A DNA stretch of 63,525 nt, the filler included, from a bacterium (GTDB lineage: Bacteria; JALSQH01): NCBI GenBank assembly GCA_026985515.1. It is 3 parts of 3 records of this genome, joined end to end, with 100 filler letters (N's around TTAATTAATTAA, not from the genome) between each part and the next. Parts side by side here need not be neighbours in the genome. Positions count along the whole stretch, not along the records: positions 30,303 to 60,186 come from JALSQH010000195.1; positions 60,287 to 63,525 come from JALSQH010000200.1; 1 more part is not named here. One strand, written 5' to 3'. Positions 52,046 through 61,918 of this stretch are shown here, piece by piece (position 1 is the stretch's first letter; each line of letters starts with the position of its first letter). A program made the position numbers and the translations under genes. The notes under the pieces are model-generated. The model was not told the DNA's origin and did not search any database. It was given only the letters and a program-made list of their open reading frames with translations.

Positions 52046-52805
52046 TGATCCGGAAAATTCTGATCTTGTAATTTATCCCCTTTGTTTGAGAAAAGATTGC
52101 TGTTTTTTTGGAAAACATCAGTATAATGTTCTCAGACGAACAACCGGGATAGAAATAAACTTTCCCTATAAATGTACTGACCTGTATGGAAGAACAATTG
52201 TCAAGAATTCACCGGATGACCTTGGTACCACCAGTCACAGATGGTTTTTCCCTGATTACTCGGGAACCCCTGTTTTCGATACGAAAAAATTTAAAGGGAA
52301 ATTTAAAGTAATAGATGGCGGCTGTCTCTTTGTAAAATGTTTCCTTGAATTTTATAACTGGGATTTCAGAGAAATTAACTTTTCTCTCATAAAAACCTTC
52401 GCTTCATCCATTCTGGCAAAAGTGGAGCCCCTCATACGGAAAGTAAAAATGTGGGGATTTAATGCAATTTTTTTTCAGGATGAATTTGGTTACTCAAGGC
52501 CCTGGTTTTCTCCTGAATTTTTTGAGAATGAATTGCTTCCATTTTACATAAAAGTGGGGAATCTTCTTCACCAGAATGGTCTACTCTTTTTTCTTCACAG
52601 TTGCGGCAAGAACCCCGAGTTTTTCAGAATGCTAAAGGGCTACGTTGATGTGTGGCACAGGGGAGACTGGGAAAATATGGAGGAAATTGAAGAGATTGCA
52701 GAGATGAGGGATATTCCTCTCCCTTTCATCGATACATCAGAGACAAGCTTCAGGGTCAGTGAAGTAAGCATTGAAAGGAACCACATAATCTATATAAACG
52801 AATAA
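51963..52805 (+). CDS. Divergent uroporphyrinogen decarboxylase/MtaA-like barrel protein
   Basis: FQDEFG...FSPEFF...LPFY and FLHSCG motifs; both termini are degenerate. Confidence 0.6.
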   Translation: MKTTSNLTIEDIYAIITEKKRGKLVITDDPENSDLVIYPLCLRKDCCFFGKHQYNVLRRTTGIEINFPYKCTDLYGRTIVKNSPDDLGTTSHRWFFPDYSGTPVFDTKKFKGKFKVIDGGCLFVKCFLEFYNWDFREINFSLIKTFASSILAKVEPLIRKVKMWGFNAIFFQDEFGYSRPWFSPEFFENELLPFYIKVGNLLHQNGLLFFLHSCGKNPEFFRMLKGYVDVWHRGDWENMEEIEEIAEMRDIPLPFIDTSETSFRVSEVSIERNHIIYINE

Positions 52806-55159
52806 GGATCCAGGTCAATTTTAATTTTAACAGACGCCGGGAAAACTTTCCTTTTATCTTCAAAAATTATCCTTCCCACCCTGGAAAGAACCTGATAGTT
52901 CCGTGCTTTAAGAAGAATGTTGTATCTGTATCTTCTCCTGAGATAGAATATCGGATTCCTGGCAGGACCAAGAATCAGAAAATTCAGGTTGTTCTTCTCT
53001 CTTATCTCCCTCAACTGTGAGAAAAGTATCCCTGCGTATCTTTCTGCGTCCTCCCCTGTAGGTGCAGATACAACGAAGAGGAGCAACCTTGCAAAAGGGG
53101 GATAATTACCTGCCTTCCTTATCATTAACTCATTTTCAAAGAACTTCTCATAGTTTTCCTCACCTATATTCTGAATCACAAAATGTTCAGGATTATAGGT
53201 CTGAATAATTGCTTCCCCCCCTTTTTCACCCCTGCCTGCCCTTCCGGTAATCTGTGTTATAAGCTGATATGTTCTTTCACCAGCTCTAAAATCCGACATG
53301 AAAAGAGTCTGATCAGCAAGTACCACACCAGAAAGGGTGACATTTTCGAAATGAAAACCTTTTGTAACCATCTGCGTACCAACCAGTATATCTATTTCCC
53401 CTCTTTCCATCTGAGAAATAATCTCCTCATACTTTTTCCTTGACCTGATACTGTCCCTGTCAAACCTTGCCACCTTCGCAGATGGAAAGAGCAGCTTTGA
53501 AACATCTTCAATTCTCTCTGTACCAGCACCAATCTCCTTCAATCTGCTGCTTCCACACGCTGGACAGTAGGGAGGCACTTCACGGGAAAAGTTGCAGTAG
53601 TGACATACAAGTCGGCCACTTTCTCTATGATATACCATGGGTACAGAACAATTGGGACACTTAATAACTTCTCCACACTCCTCACATATTATTGAAGTTG
53701 AAAATCCCCTCCTGTTGAGAAAAATCATCACCTGTTCCCTGTTTTCAAGTCTCTTCTTTATACCTCTATAAAGTTCATCTGAAAAAACACCAAAGTGTAA
53801 ATCTTTTCCACGGATATCCACAACTTTCAGAACCGGGAGAGAGCTTTTCCCATACCTTTCCCTTATCTCAACAAGCCCTATCTTTCCCTTCTTTGCCGCA
53901 TGGTAAGATTCCACAGAGGGCGTTGCGCTTCCCAGAAGTAGATTGGCTCCGGTTATCTCACTCCTTTTAAATGCAACACTCCTTGCATGATAGATGAAAC
54001 CCTCCTCCTGCTTGTAAGTGGACTCATGCTCTTCATCTATTATTATCAAACCGGGATTTACAACCGGGGCAAAAATGGCTGATCTGACACCTATCACTAT
54101 TCTTTTTTCTCCTTTTCTTATCTTCATAAATTCGGAGAATTTCTCGCCTTCATTCAAGCCACTGTGGAAAACTGCCACCTGATCCCCAAAGACAGATGTG
54201 TAAAACCTGATCAACTGTGGAGTAAGGGAAATTTCAGGAACAAGAAATATGACACTCTGCCCTCTGTCAAGATACTTCTCCATCAACTTCAGATAGATGA
54301 CACTTTTACCACTACCGGTATAACCTTTCAAAAGAACAATCCTCTTTTCTTTGAACATCTCCTCTATTTCAGCAAGAGCCTTCCTCTGGGACGCAGTAAG
54401 CTCATAGGAAACCTCAACGTCATCCTTTGCCCAGGAAAGAGGTTTTAAAACATACTCACTTTTGACTTCAACGACACCTTTTTCAATGAGCCTCCTTAAT
54501 TGTGCAGTGGTTACTTTTAATTTTTCCTTCAATTCCTTCTCACTTATCCATTCTTCACCTTTAAGAAAATCAACGACAATTCTTTCCTTTTTTCCTCTAA
54601 TTAGAGAGGGATCATGCTCCTTCAATCTGTAAAAATTTTCCCTGAACTTTTCCCCTTTCCTTTTCTCTCCCCTTGAGAGAAATCCCCTGGCAACATATTT
54701 CATAATTTTGCTGTAACTTCTCCCTGTACCCCTAACAAGGGTTGAAAGCCTGACACTTCTCCGGTGGCTGAAGAAATTATATACAACCTCATCAAGATAC
54801 TTGAGCTCATCAAATCTTTCACCCCTGGAAATGTATGAACTGGACTGGACCTTCATAGAAGGAGGTATAACTCCGTGTATCACCTGACCGGGTGGATAAA
54901 TATAAAATTCTGACGCCCACAGTAGGAGCTTAAGCAGATCAGATGGAATGAGAGGCTCTTCATCGAGGAGATCGGCTATTTCACTGTACTCTTCTGAACC
55001 CTTTTCATCATCAATATCAATTACAATTCCGGTTACCATTCGGCTGCGAACAGGTACAAGTACTCTGGAACCTGGATGTATAACTTTTTCTAAAGATGAA
55101 GGCACCCTGTAGTAATAGAATTTAAAAACAGGTAAATCAAGGGCAACAGATGCCCGCAT
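52790..55159 (-). CDS. priA: Primosomal protein N' (replication restart helicase)
   Basis: GYTGSGKS, VPEISLTPQ, DEEHE.YKQ, four CxxC pairs, GTQMVTKG and GRAGR. Confidence 0.98.
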   Translation of the reverse strand: MRASVALDLPVFKFYYYRVPSSLEKVIHPGSRVLVPVRSRMVTGIVIDIDDEKGSEEYSEIADLLDEEPLIPSDLLKLLLWASEFYIYPPGQVIHGVIPPSMKVQSSSYISRGERFDELKYLDEVVYNFFSHRRSVRLSTLVRGTGRSYSKIMKYVARGFLSRGEKRKGEKFRENFYRLKEHDPSLIRGKKERIVVDFLKGEEWISEKELKEKLKVTTAQLRRLIEKGVVEVKSEYVLKPLSWAKDDVEVSYELTASQRKALAEIEEMFKEKRIVLLKGYTGSGKSVIYLKLMEKYLDRGQSVIFLVPEISLTPQLIRFYTSVFGDQVAVFHSGLNEGEKFSEFMKIRKGEKRIVIGVRSAIFAPVVNPGLIIIDEEHESTYKQEEGFIYHARSVAFKRSEITGANLLLGSATPSVESYHAAKKGKIGLVEIRERYGKSSLPVLKVVDIRGKDLHFGVFSDELYRGIKKRLENREQVMIFLNRRGFSTSIICEECGEVIKCPNCSVPMVYHRESGRLVCHYCNFSREVPPYCPACGSSRLKEIGAGTERIEDVSKLLFPSAKVARFDRDSIRSRKKYEEIISQMERGEIDILVGTQMVTKGFHFENVTLSGVVLADQTLFMSDFRAGERTYQLITQITGRAGRGEKGGEAIIQTYNPEHFVIQNIGEENYEKFFENELMIRKAGNYPPFARLLLFVVSAPTGEDAERYAGILFSQLREIREKNNLNFLILGPARNPIFYLRRRYRYNILLKARNYQVLSRVGRIIFEDKRKVFPASVKIKIDLDPYSFI

Positions 55160-55161
55160 AA

Positions 55162-56025
55162 TCAGAGCCAGTTTTTGATAATTTCTCTGATATCAGAGAG
55201 ATCCTCACGCTGGAGCGCAAAGTAAACAATGGCTTCCACAACCCCCCTTTTATTACCCACATCAAATCTCCTGCCATCTCTATACTCAACACCAACAAAC
55301 TTCCCTCCTTCTCTGAGAAACATGTCCATTGCATCTGTCAGCTGATACTCATTTCCTCTACCGGGGGGGATTTTTTCAAGATAGTCAAAAATCTCAGGAG
55401 GAAGCAGGTACCTGCCTATTATTGCCTGGCTGGAAGGAGCTTCATCGGGAGAGGGCTTTTCAACCATTCCCGTTATCTCATAACTTCTTTCATCATACCA
55501 TCTTCCAATTTCACATATTCCATATTTTGAAACATCCTTCCTCTCAACAGCCATAGAAAGTATAACAGGCTCATTAAATTTCTCCCATGTCGATGTAACC
55601 AGTCTGGTGGCATTAACTTCAGCAAAAATTTCATCTGGCAAAGCCACAATAAAGGGGGAGTCACCAATTATATTCTTTGCCTGAAGAACTGCATGACCCA
55701 GCCCCAGAGGTACTTTCTGCCTCACAGAAATTATTTCAACAAGTTCTGCAATTCTCTTCGATTCTTCAAGAAGATCATTTTTACCATGTTTTTCAAGGTG
55801 AAAATCTATTTCAGGAGTATAGTCAAAGTAGTCCTCAATCAGATGCTTCCCTCTGCCAGTTACAAGTACAATCTGTTCCACTCTGGAATCGATGAGTTCC
55901 TCTATAACATATTGGATGGATGGACGATCAATAATCGGGTACATTTCCTTGGGGATAACCCTTGTAAGAGGAAGCAACCTTGTTCCTTTACCGGCAACCG
56001 GTATAACCGCCTTTTTAATCTTCAT
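55162..56025 (-). CDS. galU: UTP--glucose-1-phosphate uridylyltransferase
   Basis: KAVIPVAGKGTRLLP, QKVPLGLGHAV, VEKP and EYQLTDA motifs. Alternative start at 56049. Confidence 0.95.
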   Translation of the reverse strand: MKIKKAVIPVAGKGTRLLPLTRVIPKEMYPIIDRPSIQYVIEELIDSRVEQIVLVTGRGKHLIEDYFDYTPEIDFHLEKHGKNDLLEESKRIAELVEIISVRQKVPLGLGHAVLQAKNIIGDSPFIVALPDEIFAEVNATRLVTSTWEKFNEPVILSMAVERKDVSKYGICEIGRWYDERSYEITGMVEKPSPDEAPSSQAIIGRYLLPPEIFDYLEKIPPGRGNEYQLTDAMDMFLREGGKFVGVEYRDGRRFDVGNKRGVVEAIVYFALQREDLSDIREIIKNWL

Positions 56026-57094
56026 CTCCCTCTTCTGCACATTTTCCAAACATCATGGCATTGGTCAGAGCTATTGTTGCACTTCCCGCAAGCATTTCCA
56101 GTAACCTGAGATCATCCTCATCATAGGCATTTTTCTCGGTTTTATCCACATTTAAAACACCTATTACTTCACCATCCTTCACAAGCGGAACTGCCATTTC
56201 AGATTTAACATCAGGATTGGCAACAACATAATCTGGATCTGCCTCCACATCATTGACAAGTCTCGACTTTCCATCCCTTGCAACAAGCCCCGTAATTCCC
56301 TCACCAATATCAAGTTTAAGATTTTCTGTGCCAGCAGGAAGTCCCCTGTAAGCCTTTATTATAAGTTTTTTGCTCTCCTTATCAATCAGTATAAGAGAAC
56401 CGCTTGTGGATTCCGTTAATTCAATTGCTTTTTCAACAATCAGATTGAGCAATCTTTTTATGTCGAGAGTGGATGTGAGAGCCTTAACTATTTCAGAGAG
56501 TGCCTCAAGCCTCTCCGTTTTCCTCTTCAAACTGGCAACCATTTCTGCATTGTGAAGAACCCCGGACATAATAAAGGCAAAATACTCAATCAATCTCCTC
56601 TCTTCGTTACTCAGTCGGTCCGGATCATCATGCGTCTCAACAAGCAGAAAACCCATAATATTCTCTCCCTCAATAAGTGGGAGAAAGAGAACCTTTCTGC
56701 CCAGAAGATCTGAAACTGTTTTCCAGTTGTCAGGGAGATCCTCCACATTCACCACAACTGAGCTTTTGTTATTAAAAAAGGAGTATACAAAATCACGTGG
56801 AACCCTGATGTCAAGCAGCCTTTTATCAAGGATACCAGCTCCTATTCTACCCGTGTAGTATCCACCTTTCCTGTCGTAGAGATAAATTACAATCTTACTC
56901 ACAGGGAAAACCTGTAACATACTTTCTGCAATTAATTGAAGTGTCTTCTCCTCGCTGACTTCTGAAATTCTTACAGCACGGCCTATCTCGTGAAGAATGA
57001 CTGACTGTAAGTTAATTTTTCCCCTCTTTCTACTCTCCTCCCCGATTTTCCCCATGATAAAGTCAAAAATGCGATCAAGAGCTCTTTTTTCCAT
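56015..57094 (-). CDS. Tandem GAF domain protein with no output domain
   Basis: Two GAF domains (LPLIEGENIMG; GEGITGLVA, SEMAVPL, IGVLNVD). The protein ends just after GAF2. Confidence 0.85.
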   Translation of the reverse strand: MEKRALDRIFDFIMGKIGEESRKRGKINLQSVILHEIGRAVRISEVSEEKTLQLIAESMLQVFPVSKIVIYLYDRKGGYYTGRIGAGILDKRLLDIRVPRDFVYSFFNNKSSVVVNVEDLPDNWKTVSDLLGRKVLFLPLIEGENIMGFLLVETHDDPDRLSNEERRLIEYFAFIMSGVLHNAEMVASLKRKTERLEALSEIVKALTSTLDIKRLLNLIVEKAIELTESTSGSLILIDKESKKLIIKAYRGLPAGTENLKLDIGEGITGLVARDGKSRLVNDVEADPDYVVANPDVKSEMAVPLVKDGEVIGVLNVDKTEKNAYDEDDLRLLEMLAGSATIALTNAMMFGKCAEEGDED

Positions 57095-57096
57095 GA

Positions 57097-57576
57097 CTAT
57101 TCAAAAATATCAGGTGTTTTGGATTTGAGCAGGTTCTTTATGAAAAGCAAATCATTGGTTGTATTTCTCAGTCGTGCTGTTATAAGTCTTGACATTGCAA
57201 GACACAACTTTAACCCAATTCTGGGGTATTCATCAAAAAATTTCTGCAGGTCCTCCCTTGTGATCTCCAGCAGGTCTGTTTTCTCCACAGTGACAGCTGT
57301 GGCAGAGCGGGGGGAACCATCAATCAGAGCAAGTTCACCAAACATCGCTCCAGTACCAAGGGTTGCTATCTCCTCTTCGCCTCTTTTGGAGGTTTTCATT
57401 ATTTTCACAGAACCATACGCAATAATAAACATGGAATTGCCCGATTCACCCTCCCTGAAAAGAATTGCACCTCCCGGAAGATGCCTCTCTCTCACAACTT
57501 CTGAAAATTTCTGCAGTTCTTCCTCCGTTAATTCCTTCAATACTCTGTTCTTCCTCAAAATCTCAAGTTTTTTCAT
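57097..57576 (-). CDS. Stand-alone cyclic nucleotide-binding domain protein
   Basis: LFREGE and FGELALIDGSPRSATA phosphate-binding cassette; no HTH. Confidence 0.9.
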   Translation of the reverse strand: MKKLEILRKNRVLKELTEEELQKFSEVVRERHLPGGAILFREGESGNSMFIIAYGSVKIMKTSKRGEEEIATLGTGAMFGELALIDGSPRSATAVTVEKTDLLEITREDLQKFFDEYPRIGLKLCLAMSRLITARLRNTTNDLLFIKNLLKSKTPDIFE

Positions 57577-57589
57577 CTTCCCTCCTCGC

Positions 57590-58141
57590 CTACTTTGTAA
57601 TCAGTAAGGTTTTAATAAATAATATCACAAAAATTGAAAAAATTCCCAGCCATGTCTGCCACTCTCTGTGCTTCTTCATTGCAAGGGAGAAATCGTAATC
57701 TCCTCCCCTTCTGAATTTCCGGGGATCAGGAAAAAGTCTCGGAACACTTTCCCTGTACTGAATAAATTCCTCACCGAAAATTTTTTCCAGTTTTTCTTCT
57801 TCATAAAGTATCAAATTTGTATAGGTTACCAGGAAAAAAACGACAAAGATCATCACCCAGATCCAGCCTCCAAGTAAACTTATACCAAGCCCCACCAGAA
57901 AGCTGCCAAGATAAAGGGGATTCCTGACAAAGGAATATGGTCCATCCCTGGCAAGAACCTTATCCTTGTGAATATATCCTGACGCCCAGGTCCTCAGAGC
58001 CTCCCCTGCTACAGAAACAATTATTGCGGGAATAAAAAGCTTTTTCTCAGGTTTTACAAAAATCACAAAGAGAATTGCCAGAATGTAACCCATCAGCAAT
58101 CTGTATCTAACGAAAAACATTCTTATATTATTTTTCTCCAT
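57590..58141 (-). CDS. ICMT/PEMT-family membrane methyltransferase
   Basis: [21 protein letters not shown] and EE..L...FGEEF..Y...VPR motifs. Confidence 0.88.
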   Translation of the reverse strand: MEKNNIRMFFVRYRLLMGYILAILFVIFVKPEKKLFIPAIIVSVAGEALRTWASGYIHKDKVLARDGPYSFVRNPLYLGSFLVGLGISLLGGWIWVMIFVVFFLVTYTNLILYEEEKLEKIFGEEFIQYRESVPRLFPDPRKFRRGGDYDFSLAMKKHREWQTWLGIFSIFVILFIKTLLITK

Positions 58142-58616
58142 TGCACAATAATTCCTTCAATTTTTCCAGAATGGATGTTGTTGAATGATTCTTTGGATCA
58201 CCAACTATTCTGACTTCTCCACCATATTCTCTGACAATACCCGCTTCAGGAACTGTTTCAGGTGTGTAATCTGTACCTTTGGCATGAATATCTGGTTTGA
58301 GAAGTCTTATAACATTCTCCACTGTGTCATCCTCAAAAATGAAAACATAGTCAACAAAGGGTAGCGAAGAAATTATCTCCACTCTTTCCTCCTGAGGGAA
58401 AATGGGCCTACCCTCCCCTTTCAATCTCCTCACGGAATCATCACTGTTAACCGCCACAAAAAGCACGTCACCTTCCTCTTTTGCAGCACTCAGATACCTT
58501 AGATGTCCAACATGAAAAAGATCAAAAGCACCATTGGCAAGAACAATTTTCTTACCCTCTTTTTTTAACTTCTCACCAAGCTTTTCAATATCCTGAAGTT
58601 TTATCACACTGCCCAT
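58128..58616 (-). CDS. rfaE2: D-glycero-beta-D-manno-heptose 1-phosphate adenylyltransferase (RfaE domain II)
   Basis: [29 protein letters not shown] and HSTTSI motifs. Confidence 0.85.
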   Translation of the reverse strand: MGSVIKLQDIEKLGEKLKKEGKKIVLANGAFDLFHVGHLRYLSAAKEEGDVLFVAVNSDDSVRRLKGEGRPIFPQEERVEIISSLPFVDYVFIFEDDTVENVIRLLKPDIHAKGTDYTPETVPEAGIVREYGGEVRIVGDPKNHSTTSILEKLKELLCNGEK

Positions 58617-58617
58617 T

Positions 58618-59589
58618 TCAAACCACTTTGCTTATTTCATCAATAATCTCGTCAACAGTCACAGTGGCGGTACCGGGTTTTTTTACCACTACTTCCGCAG
58701 CCACACTTGCAAGGTAAACTGCCTCAAGGGGGGACAACCCAACAAGAGTACCATAGGCAAGTGCAGCAAGGACAGTATCACCCGCCCCCGACACCTCAAC
58801 AGCTTTTCCACACCCAAATCTGCCAACATAAACTTCTCCCTCTTCACCGGCATAAGCCATCCCTTTCTCTCCAAGCGTTACCACAACATTTCTGGAATCT
58901 GTGTTGCTCTTCAAAGCAGATGCGAGTTGCACTCCCTCACCCTCTGCAAACTCCTGAGCCTCTGCCTCGTTGGGAGTTATGAAAAAGTGCCCTCTAAATT
59001 TCCCGGAAGATTTTCTTGAATCCACCAGGATCTTTTTGTGACTGAAAGAATTGATCAATTCAATAATTTCCTCATCAAACATAAATTGACCATAATCAGA
59101 GACAACAATCACTTCCTCTTCTCTTAACAATTTTTCCAGAGACCCCTTGAAGCGTTTTTTCTCATCCTCTCTGAATTCTGCTTCAGTTATTCTGTCCAGT
59201 CTCAAAAGCTGCTGGGGGGGAAACACATCACCCCCTGCCAGAAACCTCGTTTTCTCCGTTGTGGTTCTCCCCTCAGATATGATAAATCCACCCAGATCCA
59301 CTCCCTTACTTTTAAAAATATCCATGAGAATCTCACCTGTTGTGTCATTCCCCACGATTGTGAGAGCATTGACCTCAAGCCCCAGGGAGAGGAGATTGTT
59401 CAGGGCATTGGCTCCTCCTCCAGGAACAAGATTTTCTCTCTCGTATCTGAGAATAATTACAGGTGCCTCACGGGAAATTCTTTCAGGATACCCCACAACA
59501 AATCTATCCAGAATCATCTCCCCCACAAATCCAACATGAGCAGGTTTTTTATCCAAAATTTTCTCAAGAATATTCTTGAAAATCTGCAT
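58618..59589 (-). CDS. rfaE1: D-glycero-beta-D-manno-heptose-7-phosphate kinase (RfaE domain I)
   Basis: [24 protein letters not shown] and GAGDTV motifs. Start uncertain (59589-59628). Confidence 0.87.
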   Translation of the reverse strand: MQIFKNILEKILDKKPAHVGFVGEMILDRFVVGYPERISREAPVIILRYERENLVPGGGANALNNLLSLGLEVNALTIVGNDTTGEILMDIFKSKGVDLGGFIISEGRTTTEKTRFLAGGDVFPPQQLLRLDRITEAEFREDEKKRFKGSLEKLLREEEVIVVSDYGQFMFDEEIIELINSFSHKKILVDSRKSSGKFRGHFFITPNEAEAQEFAEGEGVQLASALKSNTDSRNVVVTLGEKGMAYAGEEGEVYVGRFGCGKAVEVSGAGDTVLAALAYGTLVGLSPLEAVYLASVAAEVVVKKPGTATVTVDEIIDEISKVV

Positions 59590-59706
59590 AGATATTTTCA
59601 TTATACCATAAGAAATGAGGAATTTCATACAAATGCCTGATTACCTATCGGGAGATAAATTGGAACACTTATTTGCAAGAAGCTGAAAAAAGAATTAAAG
59701 TTTTTT

Positions 59707-59970
59707 GTGAAGTATTACACTCTCGTGAGACTCTGGGAAATTTCCCGGAAACAATTTAAAGAGATCCAGGAACAGGAGGGTGTATGGTACAGTGTGGAGG
59801 TGACACTTGGAAAAATTAAAGGAATCCCCCTTGTCACATTTACTGGATGCTTTGAAGATGAACGAACCAGACCCTCAGAGAAATATCTTGCTGTAATAAA
59901 AAAGGGAATAAAGGAAACAACTGACTGGGATGATAAGTTAATCGATAACTACCTTAAAAAATTTCTTTGA
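59707..59970 (+). pseudogene. Probable gene remnant (C-terminal part of a GGCT-like hypothetical protein)
   Basis: QFKEIQEQE..WY, GIPLVTFT and PSEKYL..IKKGIKET look like a real protein C-terminus. An in-frame stop lies at 59656 and there is no good start or SD. Confidence 0.45.
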
Positions 59971-60069
59971 TACCCCAGAATGGGGATAAAACAGCCACAG
60001 TCAGTTATCCTGATTCAGCAATATGTGGAAATAAACTTTTTATACAAATAAAATTAAACTATGGATTCC

Positions 60070-60186
60070 ATGAAAACTTCTGTTTCAATCCTGATTCTAC
60101 TCTTTTTCAGCTGGTCAGGTATATCCTGCAGCAGCATAGTTCCTCCCCAGAAACCTCAGAGAGGCACCAGAAAACCTCTTCAGGGG
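60070..60186 (+). CDS. Putative lipoprotein N-terminus (3'-partial, cut by gap)
   Basis: My translation MKTSVSILILLFFSWSGISCSSIVPPQKP... shows a signal peptide with lipobox-like ISC. It is not in the ORF track. Confidence 0.55.
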
Positions 60187-60286
60187 NNNNNNNNNNNNNN
60201 NNNNNNNNNNNNNNNNNNNNNNNNNNNNNNTTAATTAATTAANNNNNNNNNNNNNNNNNNNNNNNNNNNNNNNNNNNNNNNNNNNN
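60187..60286. other. Assembly gap with artificial TTAATTAATTAA linker
   Basis: 100-nt N run with the linker at 60231-60242. Confidence 0.98.
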
Positions 60287-60287
60287 C

Positions 60288-60722
60288 AGAGCGGGAAGGT
60301 TAGCAGGTGCCGGTAACAGATTCTTTGAGTTTTTGCAGCAGGTAGCCAGGGGTATGATAAAAATCAATTTTTCCATTCCCGATATTAAATTTGATCTTGT
60401 CAGTGCGCATGATCTCTCTTTCGCCTTAATGTTAATTCTTTTTGAAGAACCTGGCATATACCTTTACAGGAGTGGTTACACTTTCAGAATTTCTCAGCTT
60501 CTGAAATTGATTGGTGGAGTAATTAATCCATCAGTTTCTGTGAATGTAAACTTCGATGGGGAGGATGAAGATAAACTTTTTTCAGGTTCGGAGGGACTGG
60601 AAAGGTTCGGAGAAGGACTTTTCAAAGTCGAGACACCTTTTAAATTGAAGGAAGAAGATGTAAAGCGTTTGCTATCGGACAATGAATTCATAGCGACTCT
60701 GGCGAAACAGCTGGATATTTAA
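60288..60722 (+). CDS. Hypothetical protein C-terminus (5'-partial), possibly epimerase-like
   Basis: The frame is open from the gap edge to TAA at 60722, upstream of sugar-modification genes. No diagnostic motif. Confidence 0.55.
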   Translation, partial: RAGRLAGAGNRFFEFLQQVARGMIKINFSIPDIKFDLVSAHDLSFALMLILFEEPGIYLYRSGYTFRISQLLKLIGGVINPSVSVNVNFDGEDEDKLFSGSEGLERFGEGLFKVETPFKLKEEDVKRLLSDNEFIATLAKQLDI

Positions 60723-60730
60723 GGAGAAGT

Positions 60731-60759
60731 TTGTTATATCGCGGTGATGATTTTATAAT
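60731..60759 (+). promoter_or_regulatory. Possible sigma70 promoter of the DegT gene (leaderless candidate)
   Basis: TTGTTA, 17-bp spacer, TATAAT (60754-60759); the ATG follows after 7 nt. Confidence 0.5.
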
Positions 60760-60766
60760 TTTCAAT

Positions 60767-61915
60767 ATGAGGAAAGAAGTCCCGTTTTTCAGGCCATTTA
60801 TAGGTAATGAAGATGTGGAAGAGGTGCTTCGGGTTCTGAAATCTGGATGGCTCACCACAGGAGCAATCACTGAAAAATTTGAGAAGGAATTTTGTCGCTC
60901 AATTGGAGCGGGAAACTGCGTATTTGTTAATTCAGGAACAGCAGCTCTCCATCTTTTACTTGATGCTTATGGAGTTGGTCCGGGTGATGAAGTCATTGTA
61001 CCTGCTGTTACATTTATAGCCACGGCAGAGGCTGTTGAATATACGGGGGCTAAAGTTATTCTTGCTGATGTGGATAGGGAAAGTATGAATATTTCTGTTG
61101 ATGATCTGGCGAGAAAAATTACTGAGAGGACTAAGGCAATTATACCTGTGCATATTGCTGGAGTTCCTTGCGAGATGGATGAAATAATGAGAATAGCGAA
61201 AGAGAGGAATATCCTTGTGATTGAAGATGCTGCCCATGCCTTTCTATCCTTTTACAGAGGAAAGCATGTGGGAATTTCTTCTGACGGTGCTGCCTTTTCC
61301 TTTTACGCGACCAAACCCATCACAACTGGAGAGGGAGGGATGGTTGTAACCCGCAGAAGAGAAGTGGCAGAGCTTATCAGATTAAAAAGGTTGCATGGCA
61401 TAAAGTATGAAGCTGACGTGAATGGAGATATAAAAAGGTGGAAATATGATGTGGTAACTCATGGTTACAAGTACAATGCCACAGATTTTAAGGCAGCACT
61501 GGGTATATCCCAGCTTAAAAAAGCTACTTTGATGAAGAAGATGAGAAAAAGGGAGGTTGAAAAATATGTGGAACTTTTGCGGGATTGCGAATTGATTCAA
61601 TTACCTGTGGTTCCTCCACACACAGATCCATCCTGGCATCTCTTCGTGGTAAAACTGAAGGTGGAGAAACTCACAATTTCAAGAGACAGAGTAATAGAAG
61701 AGCTTAAAAAGAGAGGAGTAGGTGCGAGCATGCATTTTATTCCTCTCTATCGTTTTTCCATATACAGAGACAGATTCAGGGAAGAGGATTTTCCCGGGGC
61801 AGAGTTTCTTTTCGAGAGAGTTATTTCTCTTCCCCTGTTTCCTTCTATGGAGGATCAGGAAGTGGAGTATGTGGTGAAAAATTTGATAGATATTTTAGAA
61901 GCTTACAGGAAATAA
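60767..61915 (+). CDS. DegT/DnrJ/EryC1/StrS sugar aminotransferase
   Basis: SGWLTTG, NSGTAALHL, EDAAHA and FSFYATKPITTGEGG motifs. Confidence 0.95.
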   Translation: MRKEVPFFRPFIGNEDVEEVLRVLKSGWLTTGAITEKFEKEFCRSIGAGNCVFVNSGTAALHLLLDAYGVGPGDEVIVPAVTFIATAEAVEYTGAKVILADVDRESMNISVDDLARKITERTKAIIPVHIAGVPCEMDEIMRIAKERNILVIEDAAHAFLSFYRGKHVGISSDGAAFSFYATKPITTGEGGMVVTRRREVAELIRLKRLHGIKYEADVNGDIKRWKYDVVTHGYKYNATDFKAALGISQLKKATLMKKMRKREVEKYVELLRDCELIQLPVVPPHTDPSWHLFVVKLKVEKLTISRDRVIEELKKRGVGASMHFIPLYRFSIYRDRFREEDFPGAEFLFERVISLPLFPSMEDQEVEYVVKNLIDILEAYRK

Positions 61916-61918
61916 ACG

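Noticed and set aside
55363-55369. G7 tract in galU as a phase-variation site
   Set aside because: It is short, in frame and simply encodes Ile-Pro-Pro on the coding strand.
59967-60457. ORF-track entries spanning the N gap
   Set aside because: They are artefacts ending at the linker stops.
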